Virus record (IMG/VR): IMGVR_UViG_3300045131_002907
Coordinates: 1 to 64,000 of that record
Direction: 5' to 3' (one strand)
Source: a virus
DNA: 64,000 nucleotides
Part shown: one piece after another, positions 10,837-21,612 of the stretch
How positions within the stretch are numbered: position 1 is the first letter of the stretch
Layout of the letters: every line of letters starts with the position of its first letter
Position numbers and translations under genes: made by a program
The notes under the pieces: generated by a model
What the model saw: the letters and a program-made list of their open reading frames with translations, nothing else
The model's database searches: none
Told to the model about the DNA's origin: nothing

Positions 10837-12366
10837 ATGCCTACACCAACAGGGGTTACAAGTTTTCGCGCTACCAGTGATCTTGTATCCGCGATTACCT
10901 TACGTCACGATGAGCCCACAGGGGTATTCCCAGAGATTCTGGGGTACAAATACTTCCATAGCGTGGTAAGTCTGGCCGATGTCCTCGCCCAGGCCAACGC
11001 TGACATCTCAGCACATCTCGCTGCAATGACCCTGCAGCCACCCCCGGTGGACCCCGTGCTGACCCCCATGGTTCCCCCGGTGAACTACGGCGGGGTTCCC
11101 TTCAATACCAATGTCCTCATCGACGAGGCGTCTTCGCAGGTCCCCGTCGGGGAATCCATCTATGGGTTACCCCCGGTGGGCCCCACGCAGTTCAGCAGGG
11201 ACAACCTCGCCGAGGACATCTACTTCGTGCATGTCGTCGGTGCCCCGATCCCGCTGACCCCGGAAACCCATTACTACGCCGTTGTGGTCTGGAATGACGA
11301 AGGCGCCTCGGTGGCGACGACCACTGAAGTCGTCCACCGTGTTGCGGCATCCCCAGTGGTCGTCGATGTCACCTCCCGGGAAACCGAGATCGATATCACC
11401 TTCGACCAACCCATCAGATCCCCTACGGGGCGTGATGGCGAAGGCTTCCGGATCACCATCAATGGTGTCGCCGCGTATCCCGATGATGCCGTGTTCATCA
11501 CGACCTCCTTGCTCCGCCTCACCATGGCAGGGGTGATCAGCGATCGTGATACCGTGAAGGCGAGTTACGATGATACCAAGGGTGACCTCACCAATGCCAC
11601 GGGTACCTTCCCCGTGGTCACCTTCACTGATCTCGTCGCCACGAATATCTCGAATCATGCAACTCTGCAGGCCGCTGTTATCGCCTTCAGCAAGATTGAT
11701 CCCGAAGTCCTGACACTGTCGTTCTCGTTACCCGTGGTCTCCACGGATTACAACGTCGGGCTCGAGTTCACCGTCAATGGATTGATTGTCGCCCCCACAG
11801 GGATCATCGAAGGCCAGGATCCCCGCGACATCATTGTGACCTTTGCGAACTCCTTTGACTACGATGACACCGTATTGCTCACCTATGATGCCAGCCTGGG
11901 GGATTGGACCTCCAATGGCTACCCCCTGAAATCGATTCAGGATCTCGAGGTCATCAATGCCTCCAAGATTGGGACCCCGAACTCGGATTACCCGTTGTCA
12001 TCTGTGGTCCGTGAACCCCTGGAACCCAAGAAGGGTTCGGTGTGGGCCAAGGTCGGCATCGACCTCAACTTCATCGACCGCCTCCTCGTCGATCGCTATG
12101 GCCCCGCCAATGTCGACTTCGGGGGCACCTTTGGGGCGACCCCAGAGAACATCCAGGGCTGCTTCCTCTACCAAGACATCCGAAGTCTGGTCACCGGGAT
12201 GCTCGTGGAAAAAGAGTTCTCGGTACCCGGGCATCCCGATCAGGCCGCAGTCGCCGCCGCGGAATGGCTGGAAGTGGTCACCCAACGTGTTGGTCTCGCC
12301 CTGGGCATCCTGCGCACCCAAGATCGCCACGTCGTCCTCGGCCAACGCACGGCCCGTCAGGTCTAA
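10837..12366 (+). CDS. Virion protein with SwmB/Ig-like beta repeats
   Basis: Two repeats of the pattern (I/L)xF..P...G(F/L)..T(I/V)NG...DTV...YD...GD. Preceded by an aagga SD-like motif. Confidence 0.6.
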   Translation: MPTPTGVTSFRATSDLVSAITLRHDEPTGVFPEILGYKYFHSVVSLADVLAQANADISAHLAAMTLQPPPVDPVLTPMVPPVNYGGVPFNTNVLIDEASSQVPVGESIYGLPPVGPTQFSRDNLAEDIYFVHVVGAPIPLTPETHYYAVVVWNDEGASVATTTEVVHRVAASPVVVDVTSRETEIDITFDQPIRSPTGRDGEGFRITINGVAAYPDDAVFITTSLLRLTMAGVISDRDTVKASYDDTKGDLTNATGTFPVVTFTDLVATNISNHATLQAAVIAFSKIDPEVLTLSFSLPVVSTDYNVGLEFTVNGLIVAPTGIIEGQDPRDIIVTFANSFDYDDTVLLTYDASLGDWTSNGYPLKSIQDLEVINASKIGTPNSDYPLSSVVREPLEPKKGSVWAKVGIDLNFIDRLLVDRYGPANVDFGGTFGATPENIQGCFLYQDIRSLVTGMLVEKEFSVPGHPDQAAVAAAEWLEVVTQRVGLALGILRTQDRHVVLGQRTARQV

Positions 12367-12369
12367 TCC

Positions 12370-13257
12370 ATGATCGATCCCGTCGAGATCAGGCCATCAT
12401 CCAAAGCGGAGACCTGGAAGACCATTCGGTGGTTGAACGGGAGCCGCAAGCAAGTCGTCGTCCGCATCGTTGATGAGGAAGGCAGGCCTGTCGACCTCGC
12501 CAAGGAACCCGAGAATATCCCAGCGGCGAAACCTCAGTTTGGTTATCAAACCGAGGTAGCCGCGGGAACCGTGGCGATTCGACTCCTGGTCCTCGACGAG
12601 GTCCCCGGTGAACAAAGCAACCGGCTACTCCTCGATGTCCTCGGTGAACTCATCCCGAACAGCAAGGAATGCCAGGACTGCAAGGGAGTCGTCGAGTTCA
12701 AGCTCGAAGCCGGCCAGGACTTCTGCCCCGGGATCTACAAGGCCCAGATCTCCCGGTTTGTTCATGGTGGCTACCAAGTCGATGCCTACCCCGCCTACCT
12801 CGCCATTGAGCCAAATCTGCTGAGCCCATACCAGGCCAGGGGAATGATTACCTTGGCCGAGATCCGGGCTGCCCTTGGGGACTCCACGCAAGGCGAAGTC
12901 AACCTTCTCGATTCCTTTGAGTTCGATGATACCGAGATCGCCATGGCGATTCGATGGGTTGTCGACCGCTGGAATAACACGCCACCCCCAGTGGACACCT
13001 ACTCCTATTTCAACTTCCCCTTCCGGTACTGGTGGCTCAAGGGCACCTGCATCGAGCTCCTGCGCATGGCCGCGAAGCGTTACGCCCGCAACCGGCTGGC
13101 CTACCAAGCCGGGGGTATAACAATTGATGACCAGAACAAAGCAGCGGAATACCTCCAGATCGCCAACGAAGACTTCAAAGAGTTCGATGAGTGGTTCAAG
13201 ATGGAGAAGCGGCGTCAAAACATGAACCGGGCCTGGTCCACCAACTACTACCTATAA
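12370..13257 (+). CDS. Putative neck/head-tail adaptor protein
   Basis: Position before the sheath. The motifs WNNTPP and RNRLAYQAGGITIDD are of the kind seen in large-myophage neck proteins. Confidence 0.55.
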   Translation: MIDPVEIRPSSKAETWKTIRWLNGSRKQVVVRIVDEEGRPVDLAKEPENIPAAKPQFGYQTEVAAGTVAIRLLVLDEVPGEQSNRLLLDVLGELIPNSKECQDCKGVVEFKLEAGQDFCPGIYKAQISRFVHGGYQVDAYPAYLAIEPNLLSPYQARGMITLAEIRAALGDSTQGEVNLLDSFEFDDTEIAMAIRWVVDRWNNTPPPVDTYSYFNFPFRYWWLKGTCIELLRMAAKRYARNRLAYQAGGITIDDQNKAAEYLQIANEDFKEFDEWFKMEKRRQNMNRAWSTNYYL

Positions 13258-13258
13258 C

Positions 13259-14200
13259 ATGGCGAACTCCACACCTGATGTCGTCAACTACCCGGGATCC
13301 GGGGTTTCCTTTGGTGCTCTACCACCAAAGAACACGGATTCATTGTTTGACCCCATTAAACGAATGGTGGTCGAGGGGTGCTATCATCTCGCCGTGGACA
13401 AATCCATTAAGGTGTCCTGGGCGATGAAGCCTGATTTCGTGGAGCCTGGACCCTACAGGTTCGAGCTCTACCGGGGGCGTGCCATCAACGATGACAACTG
13501 GGAGAAGATCTCGGAGATCGTGGATCGCCCCTGGTTGTATGACAACCGTCCTGTGCTGCGGCCCCATGAACGCAGCATGTACTACCGTCTCAAGATCACT
13601 GATGGCAACGGGGTCATCTACTGGGGGCACCCCGTAAGTTTTGATGTCATCTGGAATCACAATGACTGGCGTCTGGTCCGCGAAATCGTCCGCAAGGAAC
13701 TCTTGATCCAAGGGGTCCGCAATGGACAGGCCAGAGCGCGTGGTGCGGGTACCAAGGGCTGGCTGATCAAGGCCCGCCAATTCGGGGACCCCTGCCCACG
13801 CTGCCTCGACAAGAACTCGGCGACGGCCACGGATTCCAATTGCCCGATCTGCTTGGGCACCGGGGTCACCAAGGGGTTCTATGACCCCCTGGAGTATTGG
13901 GTGATCCAGCAGCCCGGACTCCGTGCAGTCAAGATCGCGGAGACCGGGGAGACCCGCACCGTGGTCATCGAATCCGTGAGATGCCTGGCCCACCCGGCTC
14001 CAGAATCCGCGGATATCTGGGCGAGCACAGTCGGGGATACCCGGTACATGATTCAAGGCGACATCGAGAAGCTGGCCAGACATCGCGGCGTCGATGTCAT
14101 CCTGGGGCTCCGATTACTCGAACTCCCGACAACCCATGTTGCCTACAAGATTCCGTTGCCAAACCAGAGCACGTATGCCTCCCAAGCCAATAATTCGTAA
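13259..14200 (+). CDS. Putative head-closure/neck protein with Zn-binding CxxC..CxxCxGTG motif
   Basis: CPRCLD...CPICLGTGVTKGF, plus synteny. Confidence 0.55.
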   Translation: MANSTPDVVNYPGSGVSFGALPPKNTDSLFDPIKRMVVEGCYHLAVDKSIKVSWAMKPDFVEPGPYRFELYRGRAINDDNWEKISEIVDRPWLYDNRPVLRPHERSMYYRLKITDGNGVIYWGHPVSFDVIWNHNDWRLVREIVRKELLIQGVRNGQARARGAGTKGWLIKARQFGDPCPRCLDKNSATATDSNCPICLGTGVTKGFYDPLEYWVIQQPGLRAVKIAETGETRTVVIESVRCLAHPAPESADIWASTVGDTRYMIQGDIEKLARHRGVDVILGLRLLELPTTHVAYKIPLPNQSTYASQANNS

Positions 14201-14356
14201 GCCACGTGGGCTCGCCGCGATCCCGGCACCCCAGACCCTGGATCTCAATAGTCTCCAGCCTGGAGACTCCAGGGGTGTTGCGGAATCCCGAGGGGTCGAG
14301 AAGATCTGCACGTCCACGATGTCACGCCTCCCGATTCGATCGGTGCTCAAACTCAC

Positions 14357-15136
14357 ATGACTGCCAGCAACGCACAAACCGGCAATGAGAGCTGCTTACC
14401 CCCGATGACGGGGTTTGGTGAGCAAATCGATACGCCTTCCAGTGCGATCGAAGCGGGTACCGTACCCGATAATCCCGGTGGTGGCTGGGTGTGGCGGCAT
14501 AATCTTGAGAGAACCCGGAACCTGTGCTCAGTGGGCTTGACCCCGAGAACAATCACTGGCTTGATCATGCGTTTCCTCAAAGACCACTTCTCTGACGCCA
14601 GTTTGATCCTGACTCCAAATCTCCGGCAATTCGTGTATTCCGAGAAGGTTGCTGAATCCAAGATTCGTATTGTGAAATCAGTGATATTTGATCCCTCGGG
14701 ATCCGGGCAGTACCCCGCCTTGGTCGTCAAGCGTCTCAACCTGGAATCCATGCGACACAGCATGGATGATCGCGCACAGAGCCATAGCCTGGATCATTCC
14801 ACGGAACAAATGCAGGGGATCACGCAGCACAGCAGGTTCATCACAGGTGCCCACCGCATCTTCTGCATCGCTGATGTCGGTGGCGAAGCCGAGGATCTCG
14901 CACAAGAAGTCTTCGATTTCCTTTCGTTTATGTCCCCTGCGATCCGGGATCGCCTGCCATTTCATGACTTCGCGGTCATCGGGATGGGTGAAGAAGGTGC
15001 CTTAAATGACACCGCTGCACAGGTCGGCATCGCAGTTGACCTCAAATACACCTATGAATATGCCTGGGCACTCCAGGCTCTAGCGCCCCGTCTCAAAGCC
15101 TTTACCATCGGTGCATCACCACAAGGAGTCCAGTAA
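14357..15136 (+). CDS. Putative tail terminator/completion protein
   Basis: Immediately upstream of the sheath. YPALVVKR and EAEDLAQEVFDFL motifs. Confidence 0.5.
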   Translation: MTASNAQTGNESCLPPMTGFGEQIDTPSSAIEAGTVPDNPGGGWVWRHNLERTRNLCSVGLTPRTITGLIMRFLKDHFSDASLILTPNLRQFVYSEKVAESKIRIVKSVIFDPSGSGQYPALVVKRLNLESMRHSMDDRAQSHSLDHSTEQMQGITQHSRFITGAHRIFCIADVGGEAEDLAQEVFDFLSFMSPAIRDRLPFHDFAVIGMGEEGALNDTAAQVGIAVDLKYTYEYAWALQALAPRLKAFTIGASPQGVQ

Positions 15137-17832
15137 TGGTCGAACAAATCATGCCTCAGTGGAAGATCAACCAGCTCTTCACGGCATCTGCGGCTGCGAC
15201 AACTCGCCAACTCCGCCTCTTAGCACTGGGTCCCGCGTACCGCGTGCAATTCGCGGTCGCCTTGGGCGCCTACGCTGGAAGCCTGAAATCGTTTGCGTGG
15301 CCTCATAAACAGGCCGGTGATATCGTCGACCAAGCCTACACCAGTGTTGAACTCCGAAATGCGGCTCAGCGTTATAGCTTGATCCCGACCTCGGAAGGTA
15401 TTCGTACCATTGCTGGTGAAGCCAACCGGTTGAAAGCCAATGCGGGCACCTTCAACTGGGTCAACAATGGGTTGTTCACCCGCGATGCCGCGATCCCCTT
15501 TGACCCCGTCATTGGTGACTGGGTTCGCGTCAACAATGGTACCGCTGATTACATCACCTCGATCGTGGGATTCGATGGTGCCGCGGATCCCAACACCCCG
15601 ATCCCCGGTGTCGGTGGACCCGGTATTGTCGCCGTAGGGGGCTCCAATGTGGCCACCCAAGGCGCCACTTCGACACTGACACCACATGCGGATAACACTT
15701 CACTGGTAGTCTCCACCCCGTCCGCATTGAACTACGCCGGACAGGGTGCACGCGCGATGCACGAGACCTACCTCATCGAAGTCATCCAGGGCTCCGAAAG
15801 CAACATTCTCGCCAATGTTCGCCTACGGGTGACCTCATTGAGTGGCACTGATCCCGAACAGACCATCGCTGGTATTATCTATGAGGTACCGACTCCCATT
15901 GGTTCCCGTGGTGCCTCCATTACATTTCGCGCGGACGGCGCCACGCCCGGTGAATTCATTGACGACTTTCAAACAGGCGATTCCTGGAGCTGGGCGATCA
16001 CTCAGGCCTACACCTCCCCCACTATCACCCCCGCGGGTTCCTATCCTGAATCAGGGGCCTCGGATACCACCTACGTCGTCACGGTAACCCGTGGTGGCAA
16101 ATGGACTGACCCCGCGGCGGCCAATCGCCCCGAGATCACGGTGACCACCACTGATGCCACTGATGCCGGGGTTCCCGTTGTCGTCGGTGCCACCGCGGTT
16201 CCCATTGGTACCAAAGGCATCAGCTTCACATTCAGCGCTGGCAACGCCATCTTGGTCGCCGGGGATCAATGGACCCTGGATGCCACCGCAGGCGCCATCG
16301 GTGATGTCAACGAACTCATCCTGAGAGACACGCTGCCGCCCTCCTTCCAAGATGTCAATCTCCGTGTCGAACTCGCCATCATCGGTGATCTCGAGATCCC
16401 CGCGAATCGTTTGTCGAGTCCCCCGAACAAGAACTGGGTGACCTCGACGACTGCGCTGACCCTCCAACCCGGTATCACGACCACGCATTTACGTGGTGGC
16501 GCCCTGGCCCTGGATGTCGTCTATGGTGACGCCGTCATCAACACCCGCGCCTTGAACACTGCTATCGCAAACAAGACGTATGATGTCGCCGACGAAACCA
16601 CTGCGAATAGTCTGCTCGGCCCCGATGTCCTCGACAGTGTTCTCGGTTACGGGGTTCGCCGTAGTCTCGCCATGGCCTCCGGCATGGTTGTCAAAGTTCT
16701 TCCCATCGCAAGTGATGACCTCGCCGGGTATCAGGCCGCCTTGGCCACCCTCAAGGATCGTGACGACTTCTATCGTATTGTTCCCCAGACCCATGACGAA
16801 AGTGTTCATGACGCCGTGGTCGCCGAGATCAACCGTCGCAGTACGGCCACCGCGGGGCGCTGGGCCACTGCGATGTTTGGTAAAGCCTTGGTGACCGAGA
16901 AGGTCATCGTTGGGGGTCCCGATCAAACCCAAAGTTTCGCCACGATCACGGATCCCTTGGGTGGCACCCAGTACAACCGTCTGCACTGCGAAGACGGCCA
17001 ATTCATCACCAGGGGGGTTGCCCCCGGTGATCTCGTCCGCGCCAAGTACACCAGTGATGGCTTCGGTGGCACCACTTATTCCACGTTCACCGTGGACTCC
17101 GTGGTCTCCGAACAAGACATCGGCCTCGTGGAATCCGCGACGACTCCATCCGGTGTCCCCTCGCTCTACGAGATCTGGCATCCCCTGAGCATCGACGAAC
17201 AAGCCGACGATTACGGTCGTCGTGCGGCTCGTCACGCCAACCGCCGTGTCACCGTTGTGTTCCCTCCGAACCCCGGTCGTGGTGGTGTCAAGGTCCCCAA
17301 CTACTTCCTCGCCGATACCCTGGCGGCCTACCGTGGTGCCTCGCTGCCCCATCAAGGCCTCACCAATGCCGAAGTCGCGGATTGGGATGACTTCAGTGAA
17401 TCCACGGTCACCTTCGCAAACCAGCTCGATCGGATTGCCAATTACGGGGTCTACATTGTTACCCAGAGCCCCAGTGGTGTCCCCTTCATCCGCAAGCAGC
17501 TCACCACTGATCTCTCGGACACCAAGAAGGCTGAAGACTCCGCAACCGTCAACGTGGACTCGATCTCGTACTACTTCCTGAGTCTGCTTGGCAGATTCAT
17601 TGGGCGTGCCAACGTGGTCCCCAGCGCACTGAAGCTCATCGAGACCTCGATCAATCGTGGTATCGAACATCTCGTGACAGACACCGCCACGGATGAGATC
17701 GGTGGCCAGCTCACCGATGCGAGTATCGTGTATATCCGCCCACACGCCGTACTCCTCGATCGAGTCGTTGTACGTGTCAACGGCACTATTCCGATCCCGT
17801 TGAACAATGGTGATATGGATTTAGTGGTCTGA
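15136..17832 (+). CDS. Contractile tail sheath protein
   Basis: 898 aa with a sheath-like C-terminus (LADTLAAYRG...HQGLTN; RVVVRVNGTIPIPLNN), followed by a tube-sized gene. Confidence 0.85.
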   Translation: MVEQIMPQWKINQLFTASAAATTRQLRLLALGPAYRVQFAVALGAYAGSLKSFAWPHKQAGDIVDQAYTSVELRNAAQRYSLIPTSEGIRTIAGEANRLKANAGTFNWVNNGLFTRDAAIPFDPVIGDWVRVNNGTADYITSIVGFDGAADPNTPIPGVGGPGIVAVGGSNVATQGATSTLTPHADNTSLVVSTPSALNYAGQGARAMHETYLIEVIQGSESNILANVRLRVTSLSGTDPEQTIAGIIYEVPTPIGSRGASITFRADGATPGEFIDDFQTGDSWSWAITQAYTSPTITPAGSYPESGASDTTYVVTVTRGGKWTDPAAANRPEITVTTTDATDAGVPVVVGATAVPIGTKGISFTFSAGNAILVAGDQWTLDATAGAIGDVNELILRDTLPPSFQDVNLRVELAIIGDLEIPANRLSSPPNKNWVTSTTALTLQPGITTTHLRGGALALDVVYGDAVINTRALNTAIANKTYDVADETTANSLLGPDVLDSVLGYGVRRSLAMASGMVVKVLPIASDDLAGYQAALATLKDRDDFYRIVPQTHDESVHDAVVAEINRRSTATAGRWATAMFGKALVTEKVIVGGPDQTQSFATITDPLGGTQYNRLHCEDGQFITRGVAPGDLVRAKYTSDGFGGTTYSTFTVDSVVSEQDIGLVESATTPSGVPSLYEIWHPLSIDEQADDYGRRAARHANRRVTVVFPPNPGRGGVKVPNYFLADTLAAYRGASLPHQGLTNAEVADWDDFSESTVTFANQLDRIANYGVYIVTQSPSGVPFIRKQLTTDLSDTKKAEDSATVNVDSISYYFLSLLGRFIGRANVVPSALKLIETSINRGIEHLVTDTATDEIGGQLTDASIVYIRPHAVLLDRVVVRVNGTIPIPLNNGDMDLVV

Positions 17833-17873
17833 AGCTCAGTTCCGCACATCTTAACCCCCTAAAGGAATGAATC

Positions 17874-18401
17874 ATGGCAGAACAACAAAGTCAAGGTGAC
17901 GTTTTTGGAACCGACAGTAAGCTGGGAGGGGTATTCAAGGGGAATAAGTTCTCCATGCAAATCTCTGGCAAGGGAGGGAGTGGTCAGGAGCTCGATTTCG
18001 AGGGCGCTCTGGTCCAGAATCTACAACTCAATTACCAACGCCAGATCACCAGATTCTGGGCGCTGGGTACACAGAAACAGTATTACATTGAAGGGCGTAC
18101 CGAGGGGCAGGGCACCCTGGCGCGAATCGTGGGTCCACAAGGTCTCATCGATGAACTCGTCGAAGTCCTCTCCAACCTCTGTACCCTGAATGACCGTAAT
18201 CTCACCTTGACGGCTAACTCCAATGTACCAGGTGAATGCGTGGGCTGGAAGGGTGCGAATGGCGATTACCCACGAGTCTTGTCAATCTCCCTGTGGGGGG
18301 CCATCTCAACCGGTATCAGTTTCGGTGCAGACGCCCAGCAGTTCGTTATCAATTCATCGTTGGCTCTCATGTTCACTTCTCTGCGTCGTAATAAGTCCTA
18401 G
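17874..18401 (+). CDS. Tail tube protein
   Basis: 175 aa directly after the sheath. Contains LVQNLQLNYQRQITRFWALG...YYIEGRTEGQGTLARIVGP. SD aaagga. Confidence 0.75.
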   Translation: MAEQQSQGDVFGTDSKLGGVFKGNKFSMQISGKGGSGQELDFEGALVQNLQLNYQRQITRFWALGTQKQYYIEGRTEGQGTLARIVGPQGLIDELVEVLSNLCTLNDRNLTLTANSNVPGECVGWKGANGDYPRVLSISLWGAISTGISFGADAQQFVINSSLALMFTSLRRNKS

Positions 18402-18426
18402 GGCATCGTGGGAATTGGATTGTTGT

Positions 18427-18460
18427 GACCCCGGTCTCGTCGAGGCCGGGGTCTTTGTTT
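18427..18460 (+). terminator. Rho-independent terminator after the tube gene
   Basis: Stem gaccccggtctcg/cgaggccggggtc followed by tttgttt. Confidence 0.8.
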
Positions 18461-18487
18461 GAGCACCACCCCAGATAGGATCCCGCC

Positions 18488-20794
18488 ATGCCATTCGACG
18501 TCTACCCCGGTCGTGTCATCGAAGCCTACGCGGGCACCAACTATTATCGCCTCGCCGGACCCTACTGTACGGTTATGGCCACTTGGTTCGGAGATGGTTC
18601 GGGGACCACAGGGGTCCGGGGATCCGGTGGTCTCGCCGTGGGCACCCTGGTCCTCTTCGCCTTGGCAGTTGGCGACAACCCCTCGCGCATCATATGTGTG
18701 GATCAAATCCATACGGACCCCAGCGTTGATCTCTACCTCCCGAGATCCATCTTACAGACCCCGGTCTCCGGGTACTGGGAGGGCAGTTTATCCAAGCAAC
18801 TCCTCCAGGGTAAGATTCTACGTGGGCTCCGGGAATCTCGAAACGATGGCATCATTGACCTCGTCCCCGGGGAATGGGCGAAGTCGTCATACTTTGGTGC
18901 TGGCATCGGTGTCGAACACTTCCGGGCCTGGGTGGGCGCCGGCCCCATGGCCGAGCTGTCATTCTTCACGGATACCCAGCTTGGAAGACTCCGGGCGATG
19001 CAGTGGGAACACGACACCCTGATGTCGCAAAGCGCAGATACTTACACAGGCGCCTTCGCTGAGAAAACCTCGAAGCGGTTCTGGACCCCCGCTGAAGCCG
19101 TGGATCCCGATGCGCTACCTAGACTCATTGAACAAGCCGGACCAGGCCACCTGGGGTCACACCTCTACGGTGCCGGCCCGGGTCAACGCGAGACCCCACG
19201 GCGTGCGCTGTGGTCCGACCACGTCGACGAAAACGGGGTCAGGGTTATCTCGGCGGCCGGTGGGGTCATCCTGGAACGCCGCATCGATCTCGATGTCCCC
19301 GAGGAGATCACACCAAGTGATCTCACTGAATTAGGCAATGAACTCGTGGAATCCCTGAAGACCCCCAGGGAGCCCCTGAGCTTCGCGGGGGTCATCAATG
19401 CGGTGACCTCGGCACAGAGCGTCTTCGACATCATTGATAGTGTGACCTCTTACCGAGCCCGGAATGCAGTTGATACCGTGAAACAGAGGTGGACCCAGGA
19501 CAGGTTACCCCCGGAATCCCAGCTCGTGGGCCCCACTGGCAAGATGTGGGGGGACCTCCCCTCAACGGTCGAGATCCCTGTGGGCCCCGAGAAGACCAAG
19601 AAGTTCTACGTGGGCAGATCAGTGGTTGCCTTGCTCCCCGATGGCAACGTGATCATCGAAAACGCCCATGGGGCCCAGATCCTCGCCGCAGGTCCCAACA
19701 TCGTGCTCAGTGCTCCCGGTGACATCATCGAGCTCTGCGGGGGCTCCAAGCTCACCTATGCCGCGAAGAACGTGGTCATCCAGGGCTACGAGCACGTCCA
19801 GGTCGTCGCGAACACGGGACGCATGGATCTCAAGGCAGAACGCCAACTCAGCATCCTGGGTGGCAACGATGGTGGCGCCGAAGGTGTCCTCATCGAATCC
19901 AAGAGTACGTCGCCGACGTGTCGTGCCGGTGACGGCCTCGAGGGTTCCGTGGGCGGCGTCGTCATCCTCAGTGAGTCCGGGATCTATGCTGCGGCGAAAG
20001 CCGATGTTGGCGTATTCTCCGAGAACCGGGTCGACATCCGGGCACTCGATACCTGCATCCTCGATGCCCCCGCTCTCGCCTTCAAGGTTACCAGCCAGTT
20101 CCAAGTCTTCGCGGATTCCGATCGCCCACTTATTGAGCTGGGGGTGGATTCGACGAAGAGCGTACTCAACGTGGCCGGCGACATCATTGCCCAAGGCGAC
20201 TTCGTTGGCTTCAAGAGCATGCTGATCAATTCCAATGCTGTTATAGGTGGTCAACTCGCCACGGGGAAAACCGTGGTCGCCAATGGTGTCAGCGATGTCT
20301 CCAAGGATCCCACGGCGGCACGATCCCTGGGCACCCAGATCACCGCGAATACCACGGCGATCAAAGCCGCGGTGGCCGCCTTCGAGACCTCAGCGAAGCC
20401 ATCCCGCAAGGTGGTCGCCGAGTTCATCAACCGTGATGTCCCCATGACAACCCTGAAGCTCGATGCCTACGGGTTCTCGTTTATCCGCAGCGCTGAATAT
20501 GGGCTCCCCGGTGATTTCAATTTCGCGCTACCCGAGATGCGGTGGCAGCAACGCAGTCTTACCAGGGCGCCCTGGGAGGAACGCAAGGTGGATTCCAAAG
20601 GCGGGACCCCAACGATGGCATACCCGGGTTACGAGATCTGGTCGAACCCAGGTCAATACCTGGTGTCCCCCGAGGCCCTCTACTTTGACATCAAGACAGC
20701 AACCTCTACTCTGAGTAAACCCGGGGAGGACCCCGGTGCAGTGGTCCCCGCTGCGGAAGTCGCCAATCTCAACAAACTCGTTAGGAGCCCCTGA
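18488..20794 (+). CDS. Baseplate hub/central spike (gp5/VgrG-like)
   Basis: OB-like N-terminus, DLVPGEW motif, beta-helix-like segment (IIENAHGAQILAAGPNIVLSAPGDI), and position. Confidence 0.55.
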   Translation: MPFDVYPGRVIEAYAGTNYYRLAGPYCTVMATWFGDGSGTTGVRGSGGLAVGTLVLFALAVGDNPSRIICVDQIHTDPSVDLYLPRSILQTPVSGYWEGSLSKQLLQGKILRGLRESRNDGIIDLVPGEWAKSSYFGAGIGVEHFRAWVGAGPMAELSFFTDTQLGRLRAMQWEHDTLMSQSADTYTGAFAEKTSKRFWTPAEAVDPDALPRLIEQAGPGHLGSHLYGAGPGQRETPRRALWSDHVDENGVRVISAAGGVILERRIDLDVPEEITPSDLTELGNELVESLKTPREPLSFAGVINAVTSAQSVFDIIDSVTSYRARNAVDTVKQRWTQDRLPPESQLVGPTGKMWGDLPSTVEIPVGPEKTKKFYVGRSVVALLPDGNVIIENAHGAQILAAGPNIVLSAPGDIIELCGGSKLTYAAKNVVIQGYEHVQVVANTGRMDLKAERQLSILGGNDGGAEGVLIESKSTSPTCRAGDGLEGSVGGVVILSESGIYAAAKADVGVFSENRVDIRALDTCILDAPALAFKVTSQFQVFADSDRPLIELGVDSTKSVLNVAGDIIAQGDFVGFKSMLINSNAVIGGQLATGKTVVANGVSDVSKDPTAARSLGTQITANTTAIKAAVAAFETSAKPSRKVVAEFINRDVPMTTLKLDAYGFSFIRSAEYGLPGDFNFALPEMRWQQRSLTRAPWEERKVDSKGGTPTMAYPGYEIWSNPGQYLVSPEALYFDIKTATSTLSKPGEDPGAVVPAAEVANLNKLVRSP

Positions 20795-21612
20795 TGTCCC
20801 CCCAAATCCCATTGAATCAGCTGACCCCTGAAGAGATCGAAAGTCTCGAGGCCGCCGGCAAACTGACCCCCACGGGAGCCCAGGTTCCTCAGGCGTCGCC
20901 ACAACCCGTAGCGGTGCCCACAGGGGGAACCAAGAAGGCGGTACCCGCACCAGAGCCCACCCTGGATGTCGTCAAGCGTGCCGAGGCCAGAATCAAAGCA
21001 CAGACGGCCCTCGAGGGTTCCAGCTATGAGGTCAAGGATGCCGATGGCAAAACGGTTCTGAAACAAGGTGAAGTCCAAGAAGTGAAGCCAGTGGAACCCG
21101 TTGAAGCCGAGGTCGACAAGGTCGACAAGGCGGCGTTCCTCGCCCATGTCCTCGGTGCCCCTCGATTCCAGAAAGCATACACTTTCTTCGGAGACACCCT
21201 AACCGTTGTTTTCCAAACCCGAACTGCTGCCGAAGACGAGGCGTGTTCCCGCCAGGCATTCTATGATGAGGAAATCGATGGTTCATTTGGGACCACGGGA
21301 TCCGAGCTCAGGAATCACCTGAGAGTCCAGCGCTACTACGACTACCAGTTCGCGATCTCCTTGCACAGCATCCATCTCAAGGGGTCGACGCCTCGTGTCT
21401 TTGATGTCATGAAGACGCGGCCACCCGAAGACGTCAAGGGGATCCCGGGCCATACTCCTTTGCGGTATGCCCGACTCGCCTTACTGGATGAGCTCTCGAA
21501 TCCATTGAAGGCCACGCTGCGGGCTTCGCACTCCGGTTTTGAGTCCTTGGTCTACAGGCTCATCGCACAGGCCGAATCCCCGGATTTTTGGAAAGCCGAT
21601 TCCGCTACCTAA
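20794..21612 (+). CDS. Putative tail assembly chaperone (G-like)
   Basis: Two genes upstream of the tape measure. Ends in PDFWK, encoded over a G GAT TTT slippery site. Confidence 0.55.
   Translation: MSPQIPLNQLTPEEIESLEAAGKLTPTGAQVPQASPQPVAVPTGGTKKAVPAPEPTLDVVKRAEARIKAQTALEGSSYEVKDADGKTVLKQGEVQEVKPVEPVEAEVDKVDKAAFLAHVLGAPRFQKAYTFFGDTLTVVFQTRTAAEDEACSRQAFYDEEIDGSFGTTGSELRNHLRVQRYYDYQFAISLHSIHLKGSTPRVFDVMKTRPPEDVKGIPGHTPLRYARLALLDELSNPLKATLRASHSGFESLVYRLIAQAESPDFWKADSAT

Noticed and set aside
16489-17745. 418-aa antisense ORF inside the sheath gene
   Set aside because: Antisense shadow of biased codon usage with no motifs. The same applies to 42497..43819.
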